In this document: piece after piece, positions 10,187-18,532 of the stretch
How positions within the stretch are numbered: position 1 is the first letter of the stretch
Layout of the letters: every line of letters begins with the position of its first letter
From: Minisyncoccota bacterium
GTDB lineage: Bacteria; Patescibacteriota; Minisyncoccia; Phycocordibacterales; Zambryskibacteraceae
DNA length: 64,000 bases
NCBI GenBank assembly: GCA_020059045.1
Contig: JAGVCW010000021.1
Coordinates: 27,821-91,820, forward strand
Reading direction: 5' to 3'
Position numbers and translations under genes: made by a program
The notes under the pieces: generated by a model
Database searches by the model: none
Told to the model about the DNA's origin: nothing
The model's input: the letters and a program-made list of their open reading frames with translations, nothing else

Positions 10187-11155
10187 TTATACTGTATCAA
10201 GCACAGCTTGTATCTCTGCGGCCAGTGCATTGGCTTCAGCCGCGTCTCTACTCTCATTTTCCTCAAGTTGAGCAGAGTCAACTGGTACTTCTCCAGGCAG
10301 AAGTGCAAGTTCAGCAAGTCGCAAAGCACCCTCTCTACTCTCGGCTACGATTAGGTATCGGTTTTGGTGGCAAAACACGGCATCTCCTACCCCGGTGATT
10401 TCCTGAAGTTCAAGACCTCTCATACCTGCCCACTCTCTTGGTAACAAGCGAGGCGAAGTTGTATCAGTAGCTCTGTGCCAGCGTTTCACTGTCTGTACGA
10501 GCCAGCCGACCCTTTTGGGGTACACGACGAGGACTATTTCTGGGAAGTTTCTACTTACGTAGTGATCCCAACGGCATGAGTCATCAAGGAGTAAAACCTG
10601 TGGGCTTAAGTGCTTCTCTACAGCTCTCTTGACCACCTCTTCTCCTCGAATCTCTTCTTTTGCGCGGAAGATTGCACCACTTATGTTTGCTCGTGCAAAC
10701 GCAAGAGCAATATCCCAGTCACTTGGCTTAAATGTAGCTACTGCACTTGAAATGCTGTATGGCCGGATTTCACCAGCTTTGTATCTTACCAGAGTATACC
10801 TGTTGTCTGCCGCATCTATGGGTATAACCATGTGCCTCTCAATTTCTTCAGCTATCCGAGTGTCTTGAGCAATTCGCAGTCCGAAATGTTTCCATACAAG
10901 ACCGAAGGCAGCGTATGGAACACCATTTGCTCGTCTACCAGCACCTCCTTGCATATGGTGATCGAAGTCTAGAGTTTCTGGGTTGTACACTCCTCCTACA
11001 TCAATACGTACATTGCTTTCAGCTATTACTCTTGGATCGCGGCTACGCACCACAAGAGCTTCCATGTATTCCGGAAGCAATTGTAAGGCCGCGATCGCGT
11101 ACACCTCGTCTGCATGGATGGGTCCGTCGTGGGTCACAATTTGCACAGACAACAC
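10187..11155 (-). CDS. MYG1/UPF0160-family metal-dependent hydrolase-like protein
   Basis: VTHDGPIHADEVYA, VVRSRDP and IDVGGVYNPETLDFDHH match the family layout I recall (HxGxFHxDE .. DVGG..(Y/F)DHH). Confidence 0.7.
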   Translation of the reverse strand: MLSVQIVTHDGPIHADEVYAIAALQLLPEYMEALVVRSRDPRVIAESNVRIDVGGVYNPETLDFDHHMQGGAGRRANGVPYAAFGLVWKHFGLRIAQDTRIAEEIERHMVIPIDAADNRYTLVRYKAGEIRPYSISSAVATFKPSDWDIALAFARANISGAIFRAKEEIRGEEVVKRAVEKHLSPQVLLLDDSCRWDHYVSRNFPEIVLVVYPKRVGWLVQTVKRWHRATDTTSPRLLPREWAGMRGLELQEITGVGDAVFCHQNRYLIVAESREGALRLAELALLPGEVPVDSAQLEENESRDAAEANALAAEIQAVLDTV

Positions 11156-11369
11156 CTCAAAATGGGAGTGAAATGCTTCTATAACAAAGGGCAGTACAAA
11201 ATACAGAGTACATATTTTTAGAAAATAGTCAAGATTTGCTAGATTTGCAATAAGTCTATGAGTTTATGGGTATTAGTTATTTTCTCACAATATAAGTGCT
11301 TATTTACTCCCAAAATATGGCCTAAGATAGCCCTTTTTGGGGATTTATGTAATTTAAATCAAAAAGTTC

Positions 11370-11397
11370 TTGACAAATAAATTGTATATGTTATACT
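11370..11397 (+). promoter_or_regulatory. Sigma70-type promoter
   Basis: TTGACA (11370-11375), 16-nt spacer, TATACT (11392-11397). Confidence 0.6.
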
Positions 11398-11479
11398 ATA
11401 GGTAGTAGTAAGTAGTACATTTCAGTTGCAGTTCCCCGTTCAAGGTAGTCCACTCAGCACACCTTATGGAGGTATTACC

Positions 11480-12199
11480 ATGGCTAGCAAGAAGAAGCAG
11501 CAGGTAGCAACGAGCCCGGTTCCCAGCATGCAGGCCGCGGTTGCCACGATGGCGGAAGAGGCTCCCGCCGAGAGCAGGCAGTTCTCTTCGAGCCAGCCGA
11601 AGTGGTCCCCGACTCAGTTCATTGAGACCCTGGGGAAGATCAAGGAAGAACTCCCGGCCGCCGTGTCGAACTTCAAGATCGTGAAGAAGATCGTGGGTCT
11701 CGAGATGGACGGCAAGGATGAGATGGCCTTTCGGCAGATGATTCAGCTCGCCGGGGCCGTTGCTACCAAAGCATCCCAGAAGGCGGACGCGGAAGACCCA
11801 TCAAAGGTGTATCTGGATGCCAGGAAGGTCCAGGCTGCGCTCACCGCATGTGAGCGTGCCAATTCCAATCTGGCACGCACCTTCGACAGGTACATCGGGA
11901 ACTGGCGGAAGCGGGCTGACACCATGATGTCGAACGCAAGGCGCAAGGACCCGGACGTGATCGAGCGCGAGAGTGACACAATCGCGGACAACATGGAGGC
12001 ACTGGATGAGGCACTTGAAGGAAAGAAGCCTCGTCAAGAGGTCCTCGAGATCTACAACAGGACCTTCACCCATCTTCGCGAGCTCTCAAAGGAAGCAACG
12101 GCGCTTGCTACTGAAGCTTCGAGGAGAGAGCAGATCGAAACGATCGGCTCACTCGGGGACGACATCCTCGACTCTCTCGCGGAACTCGACAGCATCTAA
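11480..12199 (+). CDS. GC-rich helical orphan protein (239 aa)
   Basis: ATG at 11480 follows GGAGG. It has its own promoter and terminator. Hand counts give 42/60 and 38/60 G+C in two lines, far above the flanks. Confidence 0.6.
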   Translation: MASKKKQQVATSPVPSMQAAVATMAEEAPAESRQFSSSQPKWSPTQFIETLGKIKEELPAAVSNFKIVKKIVGLEMDGKDEMAFRQMIQLAGAVATKASQKADAEDPSKVYLDARKVQAALTACERANSNLARTFDRYIGNWRKRADTMMSNARRKDPDVIERESDTIADNMEALDEALEGKKPRQEVLEIYNRTFTHLRELSKEATALATEASRREQIETIGSLGDDILDSLAELDSI

Positions 12200-12217
12200 G
12201 TGCTGCGAGCAGTAGTA

Positions 12218-12254
12218 CCCCACGAAAAACCCCCAAGGTATCGTGGGGTTTTTC
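12218..12254 (+). terminator. Intrinsic terminator
   Basis: CCCCACGA / TCGTGGGG 8-bp stem followed by TTTTTC. Confidence 0.7.
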
Positions 12255-12472
12255 TTTTATTGCAATTGCGGAGAATACCATGACAGCTAGGCTGCATGGG
12301 ATGAATCCGCAAATACATACTATATGTCGGCGGAGCCGACTCCTCTTGCAACAAAGTTTGCCCTGATGCCTCGTCCTGCTACTCGCCGAGGCTTTGCGAG
12401 GGAATAGCTTACTGCGATTATAGGACGAGGCCAATTTTATTAAGATAATAATCTTTCCTGTATAATTTATAT

Positions 12473-13441
12473 ATGGAATACAAAACTATTATTTTGCCTA
12501 CTAGGCCTCAGGTGGATACTGTTATTTCTATATTCGTATTAAAGCACTTTGGTGAAAGTTTCTTCCCTGGTATTAAGACTGCTAGCTATGAGTTCATGTC
12601 CAACTTACCAGCTGGTGCGAGCGAAGAGAGCTTGGCAGAGGAAGGAAGGCTCCCAATAGATATTGGTGGTGGACGATTTGATCATCACAACAAAGAGGAG
12701 AAAACCACTGTTCTAAATCTTTTGACTAGCTTTCTTGCTCAAGGGAATAATCCTGCTTTAATAAAACTCAAGAAGTTTGTAGAAAGAGATGATTTTTATG
12801 GTAAAGGAATAATATCCTCTGACCCCCTTGATCGTGCTTTCGGTTTGCCCGGGCTTATTGCTTGTCTTAATAAAAAGTATTCAAGTAACCCAGCGAAAGT
12901 GCTGGATATAATTCTTCCAGTTGTTGATGCGTACTACGAAGAAGAAGAGAAGAGGGCAATAGGAATGCCTCTTGAACTTAAGGAGAAAATAGCAAATGGT
13001 AAAGCTAGAGTATTTAATACAGAGCAGAGAGGCAGAAAACTTAAATGCATTTTCATAGAAAGCGATAACATAAGTCTACCGGGTTTTCTTCGATCTAAGA
13101 TTGGAGGGGAGCACGATGTGATTGCAATAAGGCTATCGTCTGGACACACAAATATTCTTACGAGTCTCAAAAATACAGTTGATTTGCGTTCACTCGCAGT
13201 GCTTATTCGCTTACAAGAAGCCGAGGCGCGAGGTGTGAAGCTAGATGGAGTGCCGGAAGATTTAGCAGTACCGGGTAAAATCGATGAAGTACTTAATTGG
13301 TACTACGATACAGCTACTAACTCTTTACTAAATGGTGGTCCTAATCCAAGTGAGACCGACCCAACGGGAATAGCATCTTTCGAATTTGAAAAAATAATGG
13401 AAATAGGGCTCTCTGAGAAACTCTGGTCTCCATCACGATAA
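12473..13441 (+). CDS. Divergent UPF0160/MYG1-like paralog that has lost the N-terminal metal motif
   Basis: Keeps IDIGGGRFDHH. Where the other copy has THDGPIHADE, this one has LPTRPQVDTV. Composition is AT-rich (20/60 G+C in line 12481). Confidence 0.45.
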   Translation: MEYKTIILPTRPQVDTVISIFVLKHFGESFFPGIKTASYEFMSNLPAGASEESLAEEGRLPIDIGGGRFDHHNKEEKTTVLNLLTSFLAQGNNPALIKLKKFVERDDFYGKGIISSDPLDRAFGLPGLIACLNKKYSSNPAKVLDIILPVVDAYYEEEEKRAIGMPLELKEKIANGKARVFNTEQRGRKLKCIFIESDNISLPGFLRSKIGGEHDVIAIRLSSGHTNILTSLKNTVDLRSLAVLIRLQEAEARGVKLDGVPEDLAVPGKIDEVLNWYYDTATNSLLNGGPNPSETDPTGIASFEFEKIMEIGLSEKLWSPSR

Positions 13442-13486
13442 GCCAAATACCCTTTATATTAGCCACGTAATGGTCTATAAAAATCC

Positions 13487-13515
13487 TTGACTTTTATAGA
13501 CCATTATGCTATTAT
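13487..13515 (+). promoter_or_regulatory. Sigma70-type promoter
   Basis: TTGACT (13487-13492), 17-nt spacer, TATTAT (13510-13515). Confidence 0.55.
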
Positions 13516-13564
13516 TATACAAGAACAGCAGTTTCACACACCGACCCTTTCACAAGGAGTTTGC

Positions 13565-14155
13565 ATGGTAAAAAGCAAGGAAGTCGTCGACCCCGCATTT
13601 GTCGGAGAAGTGGAAGCGGCGCTCGTGTACCTCACGGTGCCCGGCAATCTGAAGTATCTTATACCCGGGTGGGTAAAAGAGGCGGACTTCTCGAATACTC
13701 CAAAGTCCGAGCGCCAGATGGCCCCACGATCCGATAAGTTGTTCCAAGTTGCACAAGCGAGGATGGATGGGGTGCTCGGGGATCTTGCCGGCGCTGGTTT
13801 CCTCCCCTCTGAAGTGTTTTATCTGAATCGGGATGGTGGCGCGCGGCGGGTTCGTATCACATGCAAGCGCTTTGGCGCACCGCTGACACTCGATCAGGTG
13901 CAGTCTCTCATTCCCCTCACTACCGAGCGGATATGGGATGTGATGGCTCATCGGACGGCTGCTACCAGGAACATTCCATGGGAGCACATTTCGATCAATG
14001 CCGGACGCCCCGATCATGCTCCAGAAGGGGGATTCGAAGCGGTTCGCGTGGTCGAAGGTCGAGTCTCGGTAGTTTCCCTTCTCAACACGGACGAGCTGCG
14101 GAAGGCGTCTGAGTCCATCATCGGCCTCCTCGAATCGCTGCAGATAACACGCTAA
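13565..14155 (+). CDS. GC-rich orphan protein (196 aa)
   Basis: ATG at 13565 follows AAGGAG, downstream of the 13487 promoter, and a terminator follows. The 13550..14182 minus-strand ORF is its mirror. Confidence 0.55.
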   Translation: MVKSKEVVDPAFVGEVEAALVYLTVPGNLKYLIPGWVKEADFSNTPKSERQMAPRSDKLFQVAQARMDGVLGDLAGAGFLPSEVFYLNRDGGARRVRITCKRFGAPLTLDQVQSLIPLTTERIWDVMAHRTAATRNIPWEHISINAGRPDHAPEGGFEAVRVVEGRVSVVSLLNTDELRKASESIIGLLESLQITR

Positions 14156-14183
14156 TCCTCCTTGCGATAACAGGGGGGTCAAC

Positions 14184-14212
14184 GAGCCAGACAGAAATGT
14201 CTGGCTCTTTTC
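14184..14212 (+). terminator. Intrinsic terminator
   Basis: GAGCCAGAC / GTCTGGCTC stem followed by a T-run. Confidence 0.7.
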
Positions 14213-14219
14213 TATTTAA

Positions 14220-14246
14220 TTGACAACAAGTGTCTATTTCTATAAT
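14220..14246 (+). promoter_or_regulatory. Restart promoter for rpsS and the rest of the S10 operon
   Basis: TTGACA (14220-14225) and TATAAT (14241-14246) with a short 15-nt spacer. A GAAGCTC/GAGCTTT hairpin plus T-run follows in the leader. Confidence 0.5.
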
Positions 14247-14349
14247 ATCTTGAGAAGCTCATCCGAGCTTTTTGTATTCTAATTTTAGTTTTAGTAGCTG
14301 GGCAGGAGTAACCCTTCGACGAGCTCAGGGTAAAAATCTAAAGATTTTT

Positions 14350-14709
14350 GTGACACGATCATCAAAAAAAGGCCCCTATGTATATGAGCGCCTTCTGAAG
14401 AAAATTGAAGGCAAAAAGCCCGAGCAAGCTGGGGTTATTAAGACATGGGCAAGGGACAGCCAGATCGCTCCCGAGATGGTTGGCTACACATTTGGAGTAC
14501 ATAATGGTAAGGATCATATTGAAGTTTTTGTAACTGAAGACATGGTGGGTCATAGACTCGGCGAATTCTCACCTACACGTAAGTTCGTTAAACATGGCGG
14601 TAAGATGCAGAAAGAACTTGAGCAGAAGAAGAAAGAATCAGAAATAGCATCTGCTCAAGCGGCCAAAGCCTCTGTAAGTGCAGGAGCAAATACAGTACCG
14701 GCGAAGTAG
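14350..14709 (+). CDS. rpsS: 30S ribosomal protein S19 with a C-terminal tail
   Basis: I set the start to GTG 14350 (..[15 protein letters not shown]). [21 protein letters not shown] core. Confidence 0.9.
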   Translation: MTRSSKKGPYVYERLLKKIEGKKPEQAGVIKTWARDSQIAPEMVGYTFGVHNGKDHIEVFVTEDMVGHRLGEFSPTRKFVKHGGKMQKELEQKKKESEIASAQAAKASVSAGANTVPAK

Positions 14710-14813
14710 CTTAAATGTTCTAAGTGTTGTATGTGTTATACATGTCATACAACTTCAACAATTCAAACAAATAAAACAACTAGAACATCTATAACAATTA
14801 AAACCGCGAATTT
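14710..14813. repeat. Family-A hairpin element, copy A2 (rpsS-rplV spacer)
   Basis: TGTTCTAAGTGTTGTATG.. and ..CAACTAGAACATCTATAACA arms around the apex CATGTCATACAAC. Confidence 0.65.
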
Positions 14814-15212
14814 ATGAGCGAAATAACTGCACAACTAAATGATTACAGACAGGCACCTCGTAAGGTGCGAGTTGTTGCAGGTCTTGTAAGAGGCAAGTCG
14901 GTCAAAGATGCTTTGGTGTCACTTGAATTTTTGCCTAAGCGTGCAGCAGATCCAATCTCAAAGCTTATAAGATCAGCGGTTGCAAACGCTCGATCTCAGA
15001 ACATTGAAACCGAGAATCTTATTCTAAAGGAACTACGTGTAGACGGAGGAAAAATATTATATCGAAGACGCAGCGCATCCCGCGGCCGAGCACCAGCTAT
15101 ACGAAAGAGGACAAGCCACATTCTCGTTGTCTTATCGGAAGACACCAAGAAGAAGTTGAAAAAGCAAAATGCAAAAAGTAAAAGTAATTCAGACGTAAGC
15201 GCTAAAAAATAA
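14814..15212 (+). CDS. rplV: 50S ribosomal protein L22 with a Lys-rich tail
   Basis: QAPRKVRVVAGLVRGKSVKDAL core, and operon position. Confidence 0.92.
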   Translation: MSEITAQLNDYRQAPRKVRVVAGLVRGKSVKDALVSLEFLPKRAADPISKLIRSAVANARSQNIETENLILKELRVDGGKILYRRRSASRGRAPAIRKRTSHILVVLSEDTKKKLKKQNAKSKSNSDVSAKK

Positions 15213-15248
15213 TTTTAAATTTTGATTTTTAAATTTTAATTTATATTC

Positions 15249-15929
15249 ATGAGTCATACAGTTCACCCATTTTCACACAGACTAGGTATCATAAGAGATT
15301 GGAGATCTCGATGGTTTGGTACAAAGAAGAATTACAAAGAATTTCTTCGCGGTGATCTTTTGATACGAGCATTTCTAGAAGGAAAGCTTCGTGGTATGTA
15401 CGTAAGTACTATTGAAATCGAGCGTAATGAAAAAGTTCTGCGCATTATAGTTGAGACTTCTCGACCCGGTATGATCATTGGTCGTAGTGGCGATGGAGCA
15501 GTCCGGCTCAAAGACCAGATCGTAGCCATGCTTCGCCGAGAGAAGGTGGGTCGTGCTAACGAAGAGGTTCGTCTCGATATTAAGGAGGTTAGATCTCCAG
15601 AATCAAATGCTCACATTGTTTCTCAGATGATAGGAGAGGGACTTGAGAAAAGACTTCCATACAGAAGAGTTGTGAAGCAAATGGTAGAAAAGGTTATGGC
15701 CAATCGTGATGTGAAAGGGGTAAAGGTAACTGTTGCAGGAAGACTCGGGGGCGCAAGTATTGCACGATCAGAGACAAGAAAGCTTGGTAGAATTCCTCTT
15801 CAGACATTTCGTGCTGATGTAGAGTTCGCACGGCACGAAGCTCGTCTCCCATATGGCAATCTGGGTATAAAAGTTTGGATTTACAAAGGTGACATTTTCT
15901 CCACCAAGGTTGGTGGAGAAAAGTCATAA
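15249..15929 (+). CDS. rpsC: 30S ribosomal protein S3
   Basis: HPFSHRLGIIRDWRSRWF, then KH and S3-C regions, with GIKVWIYKGDIF near the end. Confidence 0.95.
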   Translation: MSHTVHPFSHRLGIIRDWRSRWFGTKKNYKEFLRGDLLIRAFLEGKLRGMYVSTIEIERNEKVLRIIVETSRPGMIIGRSGDGAVRLKDQIVAMLRREKVGRANEEVRLDIKEVRSPESNAHIVSQMIGEGLEKRLPYRRVVKQMVEKVMANRDVKGVKVTVAGRLGGASIARSETRKLGRIPLQTFRADVEFARHEARLPYGNLGIKVWIYKGDIFSTKVGGEKS

Positions 15930-16396
15930 TTGTTCTACTTGTTATAGTTGTTCTATATGTCAGAGAGATTTCAAGGATATAGGTTTGAAAAATTGGAAGT
16001 TTGGCAGGTGGGAATGCGTATAGTAAGTAAGGTATATTCAATTACGAAAAGGTTTCCTAAAGACGAGACCTACGCCCTGTCTGACCAGTTAAAAAGAGCA
16101 GCCACTTCGATAGTTTTAAACTTGGCAGAAGGCTCAGGACAGCCAACAAAAAAGTTATTCTCTCTTTATATTGAACGTGCCAAGTCCTCAACACTTGAAT
16201 GTGTGGCTTGTACAAAAATTGCTGTTCAGGAAAAACTTGTAGAACCTGATGAGGTTAAATCTTTGGAAGAGCTACTTGCGGAAGAGTATTTTAAACTTAT
16301 TGCGCTAGCAAAATCTATGAGGTAAGATCTTCCTACTCTAGCTTGTAACCTATCTAACACCTATAACAACTAGAACATATATAACACTTACAACCA
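15930..16396. repeat. Family-A hairpin element, copy A3, with an ORF inserted at its apex
   Basis: Left arm TGTTCTACTTGTTATAG pairs with right arm CTATAACAACTAGAACA. The apex ATGTCAGAG supplies ATG 15957 of the enclosed ORF. Confidence 0.65.
15948..16325 (+). CDS. Four-helix-bundle protein of the 23S rRNA intervening-sequence protein family
   Basis: YRFEKLEVWQ..FPKDETYALSDQLKRAATSIVLNLAEGSG..AKSSTLE matches the family pattern I recall. The start is TTG 15948 or ATG 15957. Confidence 0.75.
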   Translation: MFYMSERFQGYRFEKLEVWQVGMRIVSKVYSITKRFPKDETYALSDQLKRAATSIVLNLAEGSGQPTKKLFSLYIERAKSSTLECVACTKIAVQEKLVEPDEVKSLEELLAEEYFKLIALAKSMR

Positions 16397-16813
16397 ATGC
16401 TTTTCCCAAAAAAAGTAAAATATCGAAAATGGCACACTATGCGCAAGAACCCCAAGAAGGTGGGTTCTGCTACTCGTGGTATAGAAGTTAACTTCGGATC
16501 CTATGGTCTGAAAGCTCTTGAGTATGGCCGTATTAAGTCGAACCAGATTGAGTCAGCAAGAAAGGTTATGTCTCGCTCACTCGGAAAGACTGGCAAGATT
16601 TGGATCAGGATTTTCCCAGACATGCCATACACAGCGAAACCTGCCGAAGTTAAGCTCGGTAAAGGAAAAGGTGATCTCCAAGGTTACGTCGCTCCAGTTC
16701 ACGCAGGCAGAGTACTTTTTGAAGTAGATGGAGTAACGGAGGCTGTGGCAAGAGAGTCGCTCCGTAAAGCAGGAACAAAGCTACCAGTGAAAACAAGGAT
16801 AGTGGCTAGGTAA
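16397..16813 (+). CDS. rplP: 50S ribosomal protein L16
   Basis: MLFPKKVKYRKWH.., then GKGKGDLQGYVAPVHAGRVLFEV. Confidence 0.95.
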   Translation: MLFPKKVKYRKWHTMRKNPKKVGSATRGIEVNFGSYGLKALEYGRIKSNQIESARKVMSRSLGKTGKIWIRIFPDMPYTAKPAEVKLGKGKGDLQGYVAPVHAGRVLFEVDGVTEAVARESLRKAGTKLPVKTRIVAR

Positions 16814-16903
16814 ATAGCGCTTGTTGTAAATGATGTATATGTTCTAAGTGTCTGACAAATACAACATCTACAACATTTAAAAACATTTACAACAAAATAT
16901 AGT
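16814..16903. repeat. Family-A hairpin element, copy A4 (rplP-rpmC spacer)
   Basis: TTGTTGTAAATGATGTATATGTTCTAAG arm, apex GTGTCTGACA, then AATACAACATCTACAACATTT arm. Confidence 0.7.
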
Positions 16904-17095
16904 ATGTCTAAGGAACTCAAAGAAAAAAACGAAAAGGAATTAAGTAAAATGCTTGCGGATAATCAAGAGAATTTACGCTCTTTTCGATTTGGTATCGCAG
17001 GTTCGAAGAATCGCAATGTGAAAGAGGGACGGGCAATTCGCAAAGACATTGCAAGGATCCAAACTGAGATGAGTGCTCGCAAGAAGGCTAAATAG
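16904..17095 (+). CDS. rpmC: 50S ribosomal protein L29
   Basis: 63-aa helical product (ELKEKNEKELSKML..LRSFRF) at the expected operon position. Confidence 0.88.
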   Translation: MSKELKEKNEKELSKMLADNQENLRSFRFGIAGSKNRNVKEGRAIRKDIARIQTEMSARKKAK

Positions 17096-17142
17096 ACAAG
17101 AGTCTGAAAATATGTAGTATAAACACACTAACTTATAGAGAG

Positions 17143-17382
17143 ATGAGTGCAATATCCACAAAAAATAAAGAATTTACAGGTACAGTAGTGTCAGACAAAA
17201 TGAAAGACACGATTGTTGTTAGTGTGGAGAGGTTTACGAAGCACCCTCGTTACGGCAAGTACATCCGAAGCCGTCGTAAGTTCAAGGTTCACGATGTAGG
17301 AAATACGAAAAAGATTGGAGAAAAAGTAGTATTCATTGCTTGTCGCCCAATTTCAAAAGATAAGAGATTCAGAGTTATTTAA
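17143..17382 (+). CDS. rpsQ: 30S ribosomal protein S17
   Basis: GTVVSDKMKDTIVVSVERFTKHPRYGKY core. Confidence 0.93.
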   Translation: MSAISTKNKEFTGTVVSDKMKDTIVVSVERFTKHPRYGKYIRSRRKFKVHDVGNTKKIGEKVVFIACRPISKDKRFRVI

Positions 17383-17558
17383 GGAGCTTGGCGACTATAA
17401 ATAACCTGACCCCCCATCATTTTTAACAATGAAACCTGAAACATTAAAAAAAGATATTGAAAAACATTTCTATTATAGTATCCGATGAAACATATTTTAA
17501 AAATGATGAGGGATGGTGATTTTCAAAAACTCACTATCGCTCGTTAAGAAAATCAACC
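17383..17558. repeat. Family-B nested hairpin element, copy B3 (rpsQ-rplN spacer)
   Basis: Inner stem is CCCCATCATTTTTAA / TTAAAAATGATGAGGG. The 3' end ACTCACTATCGCTCGTTAAGAAAATCAACC is identical to copy B6. Confidence 0.7.
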
Positions 17559-17930
17559 ATGATCCAACCCCGCTCAATAGTAAAAATAGCAGACAACTCA
17601 GGCGCCAAAATCGGTAGAGTTTTCAAGGTGCTTGGTGGGTCTAAGAAGAGATACGCACGTATTGGTGATGTGGTGGTATTGTCGGTTCAGGTAGCACAAC
17701 CTAGAAAGTCAGTGAAAAAGAAAGACATTTTGTACGCGGTGGTAGCACGTCAGAGAACACCATTTCGCAGACAAGATGGTTCCTACATTCGTTTCGATGA
17801 GAATGCAGTGATAATTGTTGATAAAGCAAAGCACGAGCCTATCGCAGGACGTGTTTTCGGACCGATCCCAAGAGAGCTTGGCGAGATGGGATTCCAGCAG
17901 GTAATATCATTAGCACAAGAGGTAGTTTAG
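17559..17930 (+). CDS. rplN: 50S ribosomal protein L14
   Basis: MIQPRSIVKIADNSGAK.. core. Confidence 0.96.
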   Translation: MIQPRSIVKIADNSGAKIGRVFKVLGGSKKRYARIGDVVVLSVQVAQPRKSVKKKDILYAVVARQRTPFRRQDGSYIRFDENAVIIVDKAKHEPIAGRVFGPIPRELGEMGFQQVISLAQEVV

Positions 17931-18149
17931 AAAATCAAGGAGTGAAACGACTATGATTTACTTAACCCCACCTAAATTTTGCATCGAAGACAGAAGCGCA
18001 GTGCGCGGCCGAGTAGGCCAAGCGGTCATGGGCGAAGCGCTGCGCCTCGAAAGGTTTGTGACTATTCGTCACTCGCACTTCTTGTGGTAATGTAAAAGCA
18101 AAATTTAGGCGGGGTCATGATTTTCCAATCGCTCCGCTCAAAAAAATCA
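17931..18149. repeat. Family-B nested hairpin element, copy B4 (rplN-rplX spacer), with a GC-rich insert
   Basis: Arms are ATGATTTACTTAACCCCACCTAAATTTT and AAAATTTAGGCGGGGTCATGATTTT. The loop holds a GC-rich segment (GCGCAG..CTGCGC). Confidence 0.75.
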
Positions 18150-18455
18150 ATGAAAATAAAAAGGGATGACAACGTAATAGTGATAGGAGGCAAGGACAGA
18201 GGCAAAACTGGTAAAGTTTTGCGTGCTTTTCCTCGTGAATCGAAAGTTGTCATCTCGGGCGTAAACTTGAAAAAACTTCATAAGCGTCCCACAAAATCCG
18301 GGCAGAAGGGACAAGTCGTTGAGCAAGCTGCACCCATACATGTATCAAATGTTATGATTGTGGATCCAAAATCTGGGAAGAGAACAAGAGTTCTACGCAA
18401 GATGGAAGGAGACAAGAAAGTCAGAGTAGCAAAAAGTAGCGGCACCACGCTGTAA
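18150..18455 (+). CDS. rplX: 50S ribosomal protein L24
   Basis: I set the start to ATG 18150 (MKIKRDDNVIVIGGKDRGKTGKV, the KOW motif). Confidence 0.92.
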   Translation: MKIKRDDNVIVIGGKDRGKTGKVLRAFPRESKVVISGVNLKKLHKRPTKSGQKGQVVEQAAPIHVSNVMIVDPKSGKRTRVLRKMEGDKKVRVAKSSGTTL

Positions 18456-18532
18456 AGTTATAAATGTTGTAATTGTTGTAGTGTCAGACATTTATAACAT
18501 CTACAACATTTAGAACAATTTCAACATACAAA
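18456..18532. repeat. Family-A hairpin element, copy A5 (rplX-rplE spacer)
   Basis: AAATGTTGTAATTGTTGTAG arm, apex GTGTCAGACA, then TTTATAACATCTACAACATTT arm. Confidence 0.7.

Noticed and set aside
10138-10398. Two short plus-strand ORFs after rplB (10138..10398 and 10169..10354).
   Set aside because: Both are antisense to the 3' end of the MYG1-like gene and overlap its terminator. Neither has a start context.
12108-12434. 108-aa minus-strand ORF in the 12.2-12.5 kb spacer.
   Set aside because: The product is Arg/Cys-rich and low-complexity. It overlaps the terminator of the upstream gene and the stem structures, and has no ribosome-binding context.
13550-14182. 210-aa minus-strand ORF covering the same DNA as the 13565..14155 plus-strand gene.
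   Set aside because: It is a mirror ORF of a GC-rich gene. The plus strand has the promoter (13487), AAGGAG plus ATG, and a downstream terminator. The minus-strand frame has none of these.
18062-18253. 63-aa minus-strand ORF.
   Set aside because: It spans the family-B element B4 and the start of rplX in antisense. It is explained by the hairpin sequence.
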